Assembly: GCA_902561765.1 (NCBI GenBank) | Contig: CACEQR010000003.1 | Span: 44,833 to 108,832, forward strand | Length of the DNA stretch: 64,000 bases | Direction of reading: 5' to 3' | Source of the DNA: an uncultured Pelagibacteraceae bacterium | GTDB lineage: Bacteria; Pseudomonadota; Alphaproteobacteria; Pelagibacterales; Pelagibacteraceae | Part shown: piece after piece, positions 63,828 to 64,000 of the stretch | How positions within the stretch are numbered: the first letter of the stretch is position 1 | Layout of the letters: each line of letters starts with the position of its first letter | The notes under the pieces: generated by a model | What the model was told of the DNA's origin: nothing | Seen by the model: only the letters and a program-made list of their open reading frames with translations | Database searches by the model: none | Position numbers and translations under genes: made by a program

Positions 63828-64000
63828 TTATTGGATACTTGCTTGAGATTTGTCGTCTTTTTTTCCTTCTGAAATTTTATCGACCTCAGTCCATTCTACA
63901 GGTTTAAGTTCTTTTAAAAGTGCAATTTTTAGAACTTCGTCTGCAGTTTCAACAGGTATAATTTTAATATCTTCTCTAACCTTTTTAGGAATATCCACCA
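63828..64000 (-). CDS. lon: Lon protease, C-terminal end (partial)
   Basis: Manual translation VDIPKKVREDIKIIPVETADEVLKIALLKELKPVEWTE...SIQ* resembles the alphaproteobacterial Lon C-terminus; lon normally precedes tRNA-Val/tRNA-Asp/nuoA. Confidence 0.85.
   Translation of the reverse strand, partial: VDIPKKVREDIKIIPVETADEVLKIALLKELKPVEWTEVDKISEGKKDDKSQASIQ

Noticed and set aside
1-64000. CRISPR arrays, IS elements, rRNA, long tandem repeats, CtrA (TTAA-N7-TTAA) boxes
   Set aside because: No arrays, IS elements, rRNA or long repeats were seen. TTAA-based motifs are too frequent by chance at this AT content to call.

Overview
AT-rich, extremely compact alphaproteobacterial core-genome segment. 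Gene order, minimal spacers and protein sequences point to Pelagibacterales/SAR11 (inference). Left to right: general L-amino-acid ABC transporter (aapJQM), tRNA-Arg(TCT), trkH-trkA-ntrX-ntrY, ispDF-pgpA-pncC, Coq10/RatA, lipA, ftsB, eno, kdsA, pyrG, secG, tpiA, ppiD-trpEGDC, lexA, gltX, the lpx/bamA/dxr/cdsA/uppS/frr/tsf/rpsB cluster, dnaE, lolD, lolC/E, proS, rnj, coaX, birA, the full nuoA-N operon, tRNA-Asp, a small accessory surface-modification region around tRNA-Val, and the 3' end of lon. No transposase, integrase, CRISPR array or rRNA was seen. Most interesting observations: (1) the pyrG promoter geometry (GCTATAAC-ataatt-CC-ATG, no Shine-Dalgarno) could sense CTP through start-site choice on a leaderless mRNA; (2) pyrH and rseP are cleanly absent from their usual operon positions; (3) a DPM1-like GT2 plus putative GT-C membrane protein cassette lies between tRNA-Asp and tRNA-Val, with a sulfotransferase-like gene next to it; (4) NtrY lacks a PAS domain and TrkH has a degenerate fourth pore loop; (5) lexA has a double inverted LexA box and rpsB has a pseudoknotted leader. 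All calls are from motif recognition by eye; no searches were run.
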